Positions 23,241-40,573 of a stretch of DNA of 64,000 nucleotides are shown one piece after another. Made by a program: the position numbers and the translations under genes. The DNA lies in contig OX597830.1 in assembly GCA_951406725.2 (NCBI GenBank), positions 2,294,001 through 2,358,000 of the forward strand, in the 5' to 3' direction. This stretch comes from Octopus vulgaris. Lineage: Eukaryota. Under the pieces are notes generated by a model that did not search any database, had not been told where the DNA came from, and saw nothing but the letters and a program-made list of their open reading frames with translations. Position 1 is the first letter of the stretch, and each line of letters begins with the position of its first letter.

Positions 23241-24968
23241 ATGTTGGTGTGAAGCAAAGCGATGGATTAAGCATACTGGTGACTGAGGGATTTGAACTGA
23301 GAATATAAAGCATAAAAACAAATACCACAGGGCATCTCCATCTCATATTGTTCCTGTTTCCCTAGACCACCATGTTGGATTGTTTTAAAATTCTTTCTTG
23401 CTTTTGGTGTCCCGTGGTGAGAGTGGCATGAAATGCAACTAAACCACACCTGAACTGATGATGTTGTTTCAATGGTTGAAGTCTGTTTTATCTCTGTTGA
23501 TTTCAATGAGTTTTTGATGAAAGGATGAATGGTAAAATGTACCACAGAATGATTAACCACCCCTACTTCCTGAACCCCAAATATATTAGGAGAGTCCATA
23601 AATGCTTGAGTGGTCAAGTATTTATGCCAGGGGTTCAGTCTGTGAATAACTCGTTCCTTTCCTTCTTACTATTAGTGGTAGAGACCTTGAAAAAGGTCTT
23701 GGAAGATTCCCACTTCTTCTTCCACCATCAACCCATATAAAAATAGCATCCTGTTTCCATATTACATAATCCTTGGGCCACAGGAATGAACCAAGAACTA
23801 CAACATATGAAATGGGCATAAATTCTCTTCTGTTCTCGAAAGTTATTTCACAGAAATGTATCAAAAACCAAGACAAAAAATATTTGGAACTAAAGATCCT
23901 ATTCCTGGGTTCAAGTTGAATGGAAAATTTCTCTTTAAGGGGAAATATTTAAAACAAAATAACTGGGAAAGTTCATGTGTTTATACGTGTTTAGGTGTTA
24001 AACAAGTTTCTTGCTCAAATTTCTGCTATGAAGCTTTTACTCAGTGAATAAAGTTCTGAAGTCAGAAACAGAATTGTCTGGATATAAAAATTAAATTTTC
24101 TGTTAAATTACTTTGTGAATAATTTACTTCTTATTTTCAATTGCAGAATTTATTTACTAAATTAAGTATTAAACATTCTGGATGACAGAGAGCTTAGCTT
24201 CAGTTCTTTACAAGGTGAGCTTCAGAAACTAATTAGAGAATGCAACGAATAGCTTTAAAACAAAAACAAAAAGATGCTGACTCGAATAAGAAGAGAAATA
24301 AAAGAAGCTTAAAACTGCTTAATTTGTGTAACACTTTAAATTAAAACTGCTTCTTTAATATTTTTTGTTTTGGTGAGATCAATAAATATCTGTTTTTTTC
24401 ACTCGACTGGAGTAAAATATAAATTAGATTTGTTTTCTCTGATTAATCATAATATTTTTATTTCTCAGTTGGTTCACCCAAAAACAACATCATATTAAAA
24501 TTAACTGCAATATTATATAATGATTAAAGGCTTGATTATGTCACTCAAATTGACAAATTACAAGTTCTTTATATTCTGTAATTGGTTTATTTCTGTGGAG
24601 AATCTAAAAGAAATAAATTTCCTTCATTAGTAACAAAACACTGCTGTTGCCAGAACTGGAGAATTTTTGTTTTTTTATTCAAAGACCAAAATCTTAGGAA
24701 TTTTCCCACAATAAGATTGCAAAGTTTCACTTAAAAGGAAAAAAAAAAAAATGAAATAAAAGAATTTGCCAGAACTTTCTAAGCAAATGAAGTTTTATAT
24801 TATTAACTGAAAGTTAATTTGATTATATTTGCCATTTTAGAGTGAGAGACTTCTGAAAGAATTTGAAGAATGGCAGTGCTGCATGTGGCATTATCTGTGA
24901 GTGTATGCAAATGAGTGTGCGTATATATGTGGCAGAGTACGTGTGTATATGTATACATATGCAAATAT

Positions 24969-29680
<4,712 letters not shown>

Positions 29681-29688
29681 ACATATAT

Positions 29689-29776
<88 letters not shown>

Positions 29777-30934
29777 GTGTGTGAGTGTGTATATATATAT
29801 ATATATATATATAGCAAGTTCTACACCATGAAACTATTCAGTAACATGAAATGTTTGTTAGGAGACCAAATTTTAAAAAATTATATTGTGTGTGTGTATG
29901 TGTGTGTTCATTTCATTGTATATTTCTACGTGTGTATATAAATGTATCAATATCTTTATATATTTCTAAAGTGTGTGTGTGTGTGAACTGGTAAAGTGAA
30001 GTAGAGGTGTGTGATGTAATTATTGTTATAAATCTTTGATGTTTTAGTTGCAAAGTAAGGAAAGGCTTAAACCCAACTTAATTACAGTAACTCTTTCATT
30101 TATCAGTGTCAGTAGTAGTAGTAGTAGTAGTAGCAGCAGCAGCAGCATTTTAGCTCCCTTTACCATGAAGTCATTAGTGAGATCATGTGTTTCTATGATC
30201 AAAGAGGGTCCATCTGTGACCATCCTATCCTTTTAGGGCATCTCTCCTACTATATTATCTAATGATATATGGAGTGATTTGAGGAAGATATATTCGGCTG
30301 CTATTTCTAGCATGTCACTCAACTATGTCGTAGTTCTCCCATTGACTCATACCTTTGGTGATTCTGTTCCAAGTGAAGGAAAATATAGAATGACAGTAAT
30401 TTCTACATTTATTGATCTATTGATCTGTCATTGATTATTATTGATGGTGTTGCATTTGCTGTCCAAATTCCAAGTCAGCTGTTACCATTCTGTCTTCTTG
30501 TGGATTTCTCAAAGACTGGCTATAACACCTAATGTATCCTTGCCATCTTCAAGACACCATGGCACGACTTGTGGAAAGAGGTATATTTAGTAGCTATTTC
30601 TAGCAGATCCAGTGACAATGTAGAGGCTCCATTTCATACCAAATAAGGTATTTGTTTATTTTCATAGTTGTTTTGTAATTTTCGTTTCTGCTACCTGTTC
30701 TGTGAATGAGTTTATTGGTGAAGTCAGTCCGAAAGATGGCAAAACTAAGGAATTTTAGGTTTGTGGGTAGAATTAATTAATTCAGACACTTATGTTATAA
30801 GAGTCTTTCACTATTAGAAAGTAGCAGAAAGTAGAGAGGAAGAGGAATGGGAGGAGAAGAAGGGGGAGGGGGAAGGAGGTGAACGAAAAATGAAACTGGA
30901 AGATAAACAGATAAATATGCTTTACAATAAAATA

Positions 30935-31480
30935 ATGACCACCTCAACCACCACTGCCATCACCACTGCCAACATCACCACCATCACCACCACTACCACT
31001 GCCAACATCACCACCACCACCATCACTACCACCACCACCACCTCAACACCCCACCACCACCACCTCAACCACCACCACCACCATCGCCACCTCAACCACC
31101 ACTGCCATCACCCCCACCACCACCACCACCATCACCACCATCACCACCACCACTTCAAACCACCACCACCATCACCACCTCAACCACCATTGCCACCACC
31201 ACCACCACCATCACTACCACCACCACCACCTCAACCACCACCACCATCACCACCATCACCACCACCACCTCAACCACCACCACCATCACCACCATCACCA
31301 CCACCACCTCAACCACCATCACCACCACAACCACCACCACCATCACCACCATCACCACCACCACCTCAACCACCACCACCATCACCACCATCACCACCAC
31401 CACCTCAACCACCATCACCACCACAACCACCACCACCATCACCACCTCAACCACCACTGCCATCACCACCACCACCACAT
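30935..31480. repeat. (ACC/CAC/CAT)n complex trinucleotide array
   Basis: Read directly from the sequence, with higher-order caccacctcaac/caccatcac units. Confidence 0.95.
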
Positions 31481-32435
31481 CCACTAAGCAGATGAAGAAA
31501 AACTGTCGACACTCTATTTTCCTTCTTCTAATATGTATAATGTGAGTGCATATATAGTTGTATGTGTGTGTGTGCATATATCTATATATATCTATACATT
31601 TACACATGTGAGTGTGTGCATCTGTATGCACAAATACTTATGCACATGTGTGCATCAGTGTGTTTGCGCATGTGTAAGTGATTGCGTATGAGACCTCAAT
31701 TATGTCAGTGTTCCACTCTCCACTCAGTTCGACTTTAAATGATCACTTTGAAGTTTGCGGGGTAATGAGAGACAGCTATTAAATCCACCAGTTTCGTCTT
31801 CAAGCTACAAGTGAATTTACAATTTTCATCACAGTTTTTGATGTTTAAATATTAAGGAATTGACTACGATTACTTTGGCAACATCTCACCATGTTTGATT
31901 CGGTAGTTCCTGCTTGTTATTGCCAATCGAGCCATTGATGTTACTCAACCCTTCTCACTTCCTCTGCCGACAACACACTGGAGCTGTCGAAGAAGAATAA
32001 ATTAGAAATGCACAAATTTTTAAGGCTTTTGGTAGCTGTTTTGCCTTTTTCTTTTTCTGTGAGAAGAAAGATGAAGATGTCTGGATTAATGGAATAAATA
32101 GGTCGGAGCAACTTTTGAAGCTAGAGTAACGTAATGAGAACGATAATGAGATCTTTAGGGAGATTTTATTGTCAGTATGTTCTTCCATAGTTCCCATAAC
32201 AGACATGAAATAGCTGGAAGTGTATGTTGTCATAACAGGAGAAAATTTGTGTCATTGGCGCAAAGTGAAAGATTCCCCTCAAGTTGTTTTTTTGCCAAAT
32301 GGACAATATGTATCAGTGTGTGTGTGTGTGTGTGTGTTTATATATACGCATATAGTTTACAGTTCATTACAGGAAGGATCAAAAATAAAAGTACTCCATC
32401 CAGTGAGAAATAAATACATGTATATTAAATGATAT

Positions 32436-32466
<31 letters not shown>

Positions 32467-32553
32467 TTTATATATTATCTATATATATATTTATATATTA
32501 TCTATATTTTATATATATATATATATTTATCTATATTTTATATATTTTTAAGG

Positions 32554-32604
<51 letters not shown>

Positions 32605-32605
32605 T

Positions 32606-32835
32606 GTGAAAGTGCATGGTCAAATGGTTAGGGTGTTGCAATCACATATGTGAGATCATGGTTTCAATTCCTAGACCTCACATTGCTCTGCAATCATTTC
32701 AGCGACACGTGGCACACTTTGCACCTGTTTGAGCAACATTGATTTGATGGAGAGAAAGAGCTGACGTACAGCAGGTACAATTTGATCACTATATGAAGAA
32801 ACCATTTGCACAGGTTGTTCTGCAAGACTGAACAG
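32606..32835 (+). mobile_element. tRNA-derived SINE (degenerate)
   Basis: gtgaaagtgcaTGGTCAAATGGttaggg..GGTTTCAATTCC; same head as 5800-5998. Confidence 0.65.
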
Positions 32836-32869
32836 TTGTATATTGTCTTTGGTTGCAGATTCCATTATT

Positions 32870-33390
32870 GTTTGTTTGTTTGTTTGTATGCATGCATGCA
32901 CGTATGTATGTGTGTATGTATGTATGTATGTGTATGTATGTATGTATGTATGTGTGTATGTATGTATGTATGTATGTATGTGTGTATGTATGTATGTATG
33001 TATGTATGTATGTATGTATGTATGTATGTGTGTATGTATGTATGTGTGTATGTATGTATGTATGTATGTGTGTGTATGTATGTATGTATGTGTGTATGTA
33101 TGTATGTATGTGTATGTATGTATGTATGTATGTATGTATGTATGTGTATGTATGTATGTATGTATGTGTGTATGTATGTATGTATGTATGTATGTATGTA
33201 TGTATGTATGTATGTGTGTATGTATGTATGTGTGTATGTATGTATGTATGTATGTGTGTATGTATGTATGTATGTATGTATGTATGTATGTATGTGTGTG
33301 TGTATGTATGTATGTATGTATGTATGTATGTATGTATGTATAGATGTATGTATGTATGTATGTATGCATGTATGCATGCATGTATGTATT
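32870..33390. repeat. (TATG)n tetranucleotide array
   Basis: Read directly from the sequence. Confidence 0.95.
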
Positions 33391-33450
33391 ACGGAGATGT
33401 ACTTGCATAGCGAGTGACTTGCTCTGAGATCGTGTGCTGAAACAAAAACA

Positions 33451-33580
33451 TGGAAGGTGTTTATAAGCCATTTAAAAACACACAAAACCCGTTAGATTCA
33501 CTTCTACATTTAAATCTAATTTAAGTGAAGTGAATCTAACAGTTTTTGTGTGTTTTTAAATGGCTTATAAACACCTTCCA
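33451..33580. mobile_element. MITE-like hairpin (54 bp arms, 22 nt spacer)
   Basis: tggaaggtgtttataagccatttaaaaacacacaaaa..gttagattcacttc pairs with gaagtgaatctaac..ttttgtgtgtttttaaatggcttataaacaccttcca. Confidence 0.75.
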
Positions 33581-33592
33581 CATGCTGCAATT

Positions 33593-33648
<56 letters not shown>

Positions 33649-33989
33649 TACAACTGAATACTGTGTGCATTAAATGCTATAGATAGTGTCATATTCCCCC
33701 TCTCCGAATGTCGGTGGCACCACCACGATATTGTAATAGATGGTTTAGGTACACTGTACAAGTGTAGTAACAATAAACGAGATAATGATGCAGCCGTAAT
33801 AACTACGTAACGATCCAATAATCACTTTATGAAGCAACAATCGATTTTCCAAACGAACTAAGAAATGGACGACAACTGACTTCACTGCAAACTTCACTCC
33901 ACCCGTTACGATTTATAATCACTTGGTCCAGTCTATTTCTGGCAAAGAGGCATCGTGACTCTCATTACAACAGACAGACAGACACACAG

Positions 33990-34126
33990 AGAGGATGAGC
34001 TTCTTCCAGTTTCCATCTACCAAGTCCATTCTCAAGGCTTTGGTTAGCCCAGGGCTATAGCAGAAGACACTTAATCAGGGTGCCATGCAGTGGAATTGAA
34101 CCACAGACTTTTAACCACACAGTCAC
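33990..34126 (-). mobile_element. Partial SINE (16290 family)
   Basis: cagtttccatctaccaagtccattctcaaggc..gctatagcagaagacactt. Confidence 0.75.
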
Positions 34127-35162
34127 ATTTTAAAAATAACAGGATGTTTTCTTTTAGTCATTGAGAAATTGATTAAAACGTACTTTGAAAGAAAGTTATT
34201 GAGAAAAACCTTTCCAAATTCCTTTCCCTTTGCTCCAAATTGGTTCATTATGATATCAGCTAATTATCATATCAGTTGATTTTCATATCACTTCATTATC
34301 ATGTTAGAACTCACCAGTGATCATGTTACCGTAGCAACATCTCAGTAAGAGTTTTTAGATTTTGTAGATCTTTGTTAAAGACTACTTACATGTCTGCTTG
34401 AACATCTTTGAACCTAGACTCTACCTCTTTGATAACTAACCATACAATGTTCCTTTATGCCAACGGCTTAGCAACGCACTACTGAACACTTTGTCATTTA
34501 AGAATTGATTTGAATGAAGGCACGGACAATCCAAAATTGCAATAGATAGGTGGAGATCTACATTATCAAGAATTACGTTCAGTTAAACTGAATTCTCAAT
34601 GTTTCAAGCTCTAAGCTCTTTATCAAGAAAGAGAAGTTCATATGCTGTTAATGAAAATTCCAAAATAGATTGGTATTTCACACTACAATCCTCATTCTGG
34701 TATGTTCAATTCTAGACATCAGGAATCAAATAACAATTAAGAAACAATCTAGATTGTTTTATTTATTAGAATATATTCAAAGGTTTCTCAAATTACTTGA
34801 AACTTGGAGAGAGTCATACGGTGTGGTTATACAAGTCTGCATGTCTTGGGGTCAGGTTTCCATTAGAAATGCACTGAATACATACGCAGGGGTTATGTTC
34901 CAATAGACATTTAATGACATGATGTTAATTACCTCAGCCATTCTATGTTTAGATTAAGAGAACATCGACACCAACAACAACACCACAACATTATGGGAAC
35001 ATCAGACTTCCTAAACATTTTGCCATGAAATGGAATTCTATTACATGAGGCATATTTTGCTATTGATTTCTCTCTTCAATGCATCATCTCTCTCCCTTAT
35101 CTTGCTCTCCTTATCTTACTCTCTAATTCTCTCCTTTTATTTCCAACTGGGATATTTATGTA

Positions 35163-36469
35163 CTGGGTGGGGCAGAGAGGATGGACGTTTTTGAAATGGC
35201 TATTACTTAGCCCCAGGGGGAGGGACATAGGTCCAACAGGTACCCCTTGGTCTGTGGTGTCTTAGCATTTTTCTTTCTTTTCAGGTGAAGCCATGGTGCT
35301 GTGGACGATAGAGCATCGTGTGTTTGCCCACGAAAGTGATGTGAAGAATTACATGTCTGTCACAGCAGTTCAGCATGAATTTCAATGCCACTTCAACATT
35401 CACCGAAATCAGGCTGTTTCCACCCATAACACAATCATACGTTGGTTGAATGCACTTTGTACACGAGTTTGAAGGAGACCAGTGGGAGTGCCATGAATGG
35501 TACAGACCCTGGAAAATGTGGAACGCGTGATACAAGTTTTGATATGAAGTCTGAATCGCTCTGCTCAGAGGCATTCCACTGAACTTGGCATTGGTAAATG
35601 ATCAGTAAAGCATATTTTGCATGAAGACCTGCATTGCCACCTGTACAAATTGGTCATTGGGCAACAGTTGAAACCATGGGACTATGCACAGCGACTTAAC
35701 TTTGCACATCAGATGGAAGCAATTATTGAAGCAAATGACAACCTCATTTTTTTAATGAGTGATGAAGCTCATTTTCTTCTGAATGGCATGGTGAATTAAC
35801 AGAACTGTTGTTATTGGTCTCTTGAAAATCTGAGAGAACTGCATGAAAGACCACTGCACAGACCCAAAGTGATGGTCTGGTGTGCTGCTGGAAAAACTGC
35901 CATCATTGGTCCTTACTTTTTTGTAGACAATAATGGAAATGCTGTCACTGTGAACTCCGAGCATTACATCAAGATGATAAACAACTTCTTTGTGCCTGAA
36001 TTATGACGAGAACGTATGCCTATCCCTTGTGTGTGGTTTCAGCAGGATGGGATGACAGCCCACACGGCATCAATGGACGTTCTTTGCCCTCATTTCAGTG
36101 ACCATCTCATTTCCAGATTTGCTGACATTCTTCCCCACCCCCACCAGTGCCTTGACTTGTCCATGTGCGATTATTTCTTGTGGGGAAACCTCAGGGTATG
36201 TATGCATATAAGCCCCATACATTGGATGATTTGAAGGAAGCTATTTGTGTAGAAGGCATCCAGATCAAGAGATCAATGCTGGAGAGAGTGGAGGCCAACT
36301 TCCAAGAACTCCTTCAGAAATGCATAAATGAAAATGGACACCACGTGATGGATGTTGCTTCCCACACTTGATTCAATATGAACAAATTGGTGTCAATAAA
36401 ATTTGTTTGCAGCTAAAATTAATGATTTTGTGAATTTTCAAAACCCTCCATCCTCTCTGTCCCACCCTG
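35163..36469 (+). mobile_element. Complete but decayed Tc1/mariner DNA transposon, probably DD41D (rosa/Visitor)
   Basis: TIRs ctgggtggggcagagaggatgga / tccatcctctctgtcccaccctg with TA on both sides. Motifs MSDEAHF, KVMVW, IIGPYFF, WFQQDG and DLSMCDYFLWG, with ~40 aa between the second and third Asp. Confidence 0.9.
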
Positions 36470-36589
36470 TACCTTACTCTAAAGCAAAAAACTATCTCTG
36501 TCCCTCTATCCCTTTAATTTCTCAACTGGCATATGGCCACACTCCCTCAACACTACTGCCCCACCTCCCAGTCAAGAAGGTTTTCTCTT

Positions 36590-36787
36590 GCAAGGTACTT
36601 GGTGACCCCTGCTGGTGCTGATGCCACATAAAAAACACCAATGCACTCTTTAAAGTGGTTGGCATTTGGAAGGGTTTCTAGCCGTAGAAACCAAACCAAA
36701 ACAGTCAGTGGAACCTGGTGTGGCTCCTGGCCTTGCCAGCTCCTGTTAAACCATCCAGCCCATACCAACATGGAAAACAGATTTTAA

Positions 36788-36821
<34 letters not shown>

Positions 36822-36850
36822 CAATGATGAGAACGACAATGAGGATGATG
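36590..36850 (+). mobile_element. RTE 3' end fragment with (GAT)n tail
   Basis: ccatccagcccataccaacatggaaaacagattttaaatgatgatg. Confidence 0.75.
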
Positions 36851-37150
36851 ATGATTGATATCCATGTTACAGGGAAATTCATGGCAAAATAGATTTTCAA
36901 CTACATGTTTTCACAATACTGCGAGATTTCTAAGAATACAAACTTTCAGAAACATGGCAGATGCCAGTTCCAGGCATTAACCTGAGGACTGTGCTGTCAA
37001 CAACTCAACCACAAATCAATCGCTGTAGGGCAAACATAAAAAATCTATTCGATTCATTATCCTCGGACAATTTTCCATGCATGATGGAATATGGATTTTG
37101 GGATATTGAAAGAGAACTTTTCGAAAAATGAATAGAAATAGAAATAGACA

Positions 37151-37562
37151 GAGGTGTGGCTGTGTGGTAAGAAGTTTGCTTCCCAGCCACATGGTTCCAG
37201 GTTCAGTCCCATTGTGTGACACTGAAAATATCTTCTACTATAGCTCCAGGCTGGCCAAAGCATTGTAATTGGATTTGGTAGATGGAAACTGAAAGAAACC
37301 TGTCATATATATATAAATATGTGTGTGTGCATGTGTGTTTGTGTGTGTGTTCGTCTATGTGTCTCTGTAACCCAATACCACTTGAAAACCGGTGTTGGTG
37401 TATTTACATCCCTGTAACTTAGGGGCTTAGCGAAAGGGATTGATGGAATTAGCATCAGGCTTTAAAAACTAACAAGGAATAGCTTCAATTTGTTCGACTA
37501 AAATTCTTCGAGGTGGCACTCCAGCATGGCCATAGTCTAATGAATGAAATAAGTAAAAAAAA
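37151..37562 (+). mobile_element. tRNA-derived SINE (16290 family, diverged)
   Basis: gtggctgtgtggtaagaagtttgcttcc..ggttcagtccc..ggtggcactccagcatggccatagtc. Confidence 0.85.
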
Positions 37563-38204
37563 ACTATATATAAAAAAAGAAGGAATAAATAAAATGAGTA
37601 ATTCTTGACTTCCAAAACACAACAAATTTTAATAATAATTTCCAATATGAAAATAGTTAATTGCCATTTCCATGATATAAGCAAGGAATTACAGTTTTTG
37701 CTTTATCACTTTTGGTCTTCGATAATAAACATAAATAGTTTCCCTCTGGGTGCAATGAAACTGTGAGTTTGTGATGTGTTCAATAACATCATTAACATAT
37801 CCCAGAAGGGCCACTAGCGCAAAGCACTTTGGTATAAACATGTTTGTTTCTAAAGAATTATTGCCAAATTATGGTTTGATTAATTTCATTGTCATAATAT
37901 CAGTGACCTTTTCATCACCTCGAGGTCAATCTGTGGTGAAAATTCCACCAAAGACAATTCATTTATTTGTGGAAGGGCAATGATGTATTTATCTGTTGGT
38001 AAACAGACATGCAACAATATAAGAACCACAGGGGAAAACACTGCTGTTTGCGTAGTTGCCCTGCTTCACAATAAAATATAACCTTTGCACACCCCCAGAA
38101 CTTTCTGCTCACTTGGTAACCTTACTTGCCAGACAGCACCATTTCTCTCACACTTTTGGCTTTGAAACTCAATCAATTTGCAATTACATCATAAACATGT
38201 TTCA

Positions 38205-38245
<41 letters not shown>

Positions 38246-39215
38246 TATGCATAATACGTGCAAATGTGTAGGCGTGTGTGTGTTTGTACCTGTGTTTATA
38301 TGTATGAAAGGAGAGAGGAAGAGAGAGAGAGAGAACGTAATAGGTATAGATATACACCTAGAAAGGCAAATGCATACAAACGTTGAGATAATTATGCATG
38401 TGTGCATATATATACACATATATGTGTATATTATGTATATGTGTATACACACGCACACATATATATATATACATGCATCTCACTCTCTCTACATATCTAA
38501 ATATATAGAAAGACACAGACACACCTACGTAGGCACGGTCATCATCATCATCATCATCATCATCACCATTACCATTGATTTTTACATGTTCTATGGAGAT
38601 TAGATTTCTATTTGGAAATATCACACTCTTGACCAGTGACCATCACTCCTGCGGGAAGGACACACATCAGTTTCCAACTGTTTCTTCCTCAACCTTCTTT
38701 CAACTTTCACATCTTGCTGTTTTTTTATACAACTGGTATAGTGTGGCCATGCTGGGGCACCACATTTAAGGAACTTTGTTGATCATGTTGACTCCAGTAC
38801 TTATTTCTGTCTGAAAATTATTATATTAATCACTGTTTGTCGATCTGCTAAGTTATAGCATATGAAGTGACACAATATCAAAAATACTGCTTTTTAGACA
38901 GGTGTAATCATAAACATACACACACAGGTATTTACATTATGCATATAAATATATGTATGTGTATGTGTGCAGGTGTGTATATTTGTGCACATGTGTATAT
39001 ATGTATGGATGCATCTATATGCTTACATATCAACAGAATTGAGCTTAACTGTCTCTTACAACAACAATGTTGAACCTGATGGCATACAACAGGTTTTCAT
39101 TAAACATTAACAGGGTTTTATTAAGTTTTTTAGCATCTGGGATGTGGCAGACAAACACTGACACCTTAATTCTCTCATCTATTAATGCAATAAAATATTG
39201 AAGACGAAGCAGGTG

Positions 39216-39246
<31 letters not shown>

Positions 39247-40573
39247 GCGGACAGAGCTGTACTTTACCGAGTTGGTACTCCTTTTCAGTTGCATAGACTG
39301 GAACAATATGAAATGAAGTTTCTTGTTTAAGAACAGAATGCAATGCCCATCCAGGAATTGAACTCACAGCCTTATTATCACGAGTTCAACAGCCCAATTA
39401 CTAAGACACACAAGTTCTGTCCACTCTCATTGGAAAAAGGAGGACTGACGAAAGACAAGCAGAGAATTTTGTCTGTTGTTTAGTCAAAAGAGAAGGCAGT
39501 GTCACATGACCTTCTGCAGGGCCTCCAAGACTACTAAGTGGAAGGGAGGGAGAGAAACCAGGCAAGAATATTTGTGACAGAAGAGATTGCACCTGAGGCA
39601 CCAAAGATGACAGGTGATAGAACTAAATAGGGCACTCGATTAAATCTCTCACCTGTGTAGGCCATGGTGGGATTTCAACTTGGAATGCAATAAATCAGAA
39701 CAAACACAGCCAGGCTTCCTGTTTGATGTTCTTATAATCTCACTGGTTCCCCACCCTGGGGCTGCATCTATGTTTTATGAACCCATGAGAAATAAAGCTG
39801 ACTTCAGCAATATTTGAACTCTGGATGTTGAGGATTAGAACAAATGCTGTGAAGCATTTTGTCTGACACTCTGCCGACTTTACCGATTCATCCTTATGTG
39901 AAGGAGAGAGTGAATGAGTGATGTGATTGGTGGAGAGAGGATTTGTGATGAGGGAATAATGTGAGAGAGAGACAGACAGACAGACAGACAGAGAATGCTG
40001 AATGGTAGAAGTGAAAATACTGTGAGTGGAACAAGGGTAATAGACATGAGTGATGGAGAGTGGGATTAATGGATGTGAATAATGACTAAAAGATGAATGT
40101 ATAATGATAAAGAGAGTTATGACAGGCAATAAAAGGGATGGTGAGGGTGAGTAAATATGGACAGATCTCTCACTTCCTCTCTCTCTCTCTCTCTAGCTCT
40201 CTCTTTCCCTCCTTCCCTTTCTTTTCTCTTTCGCCTTCCCTCCCTCTCTCTTTCTCCACTCTCTCTTCCCATATTCCTCTGTCTATCTCTCTCTTTCCCT
40301 CCCTCCCTTTCTTTTTCTCTCTCTCCCTCCCTCCCTCCCTCGCTCTCTCTCTGCAAAATAAATCAAATAAAATCTTGACTAGTTTCACCAAGTCATTACC
40401 AGCTCATCAGGAGAATTATAATAATAATAATGAAATTATTGTATACAGTGCTCAGGTGCACCACAACTTGTCAGAAAGTGCGTATAGAGTATATGCAGTA
40501 ATGTACAAATGTCTGGAAAGCGAACAATGCATGAGTCAGATACATGCTTGTGTGTGTATGGAGGGGAGAAAAA

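Noticed and set aside
23267-24047. Moderate-complexity ORFs as host exons
   Set aside because: No recognisable domain or consistent splice pattern; cannot be supported without RNA-seq or homology.
30890-31495. Thr/His/Pro-rich 201 aa ORF resembling extensin or formin
   Set aside because: Translation of an (ACC)n array with no complex coding sequence.
31955-32233. 92 aa minus-strand ORF in unique sequence
   Set aside because: No motif or recognisable homology.
32671-33485. Long HTYI/CMYV ORFs
   Set aside because: (TATG)n microsatellite translations.
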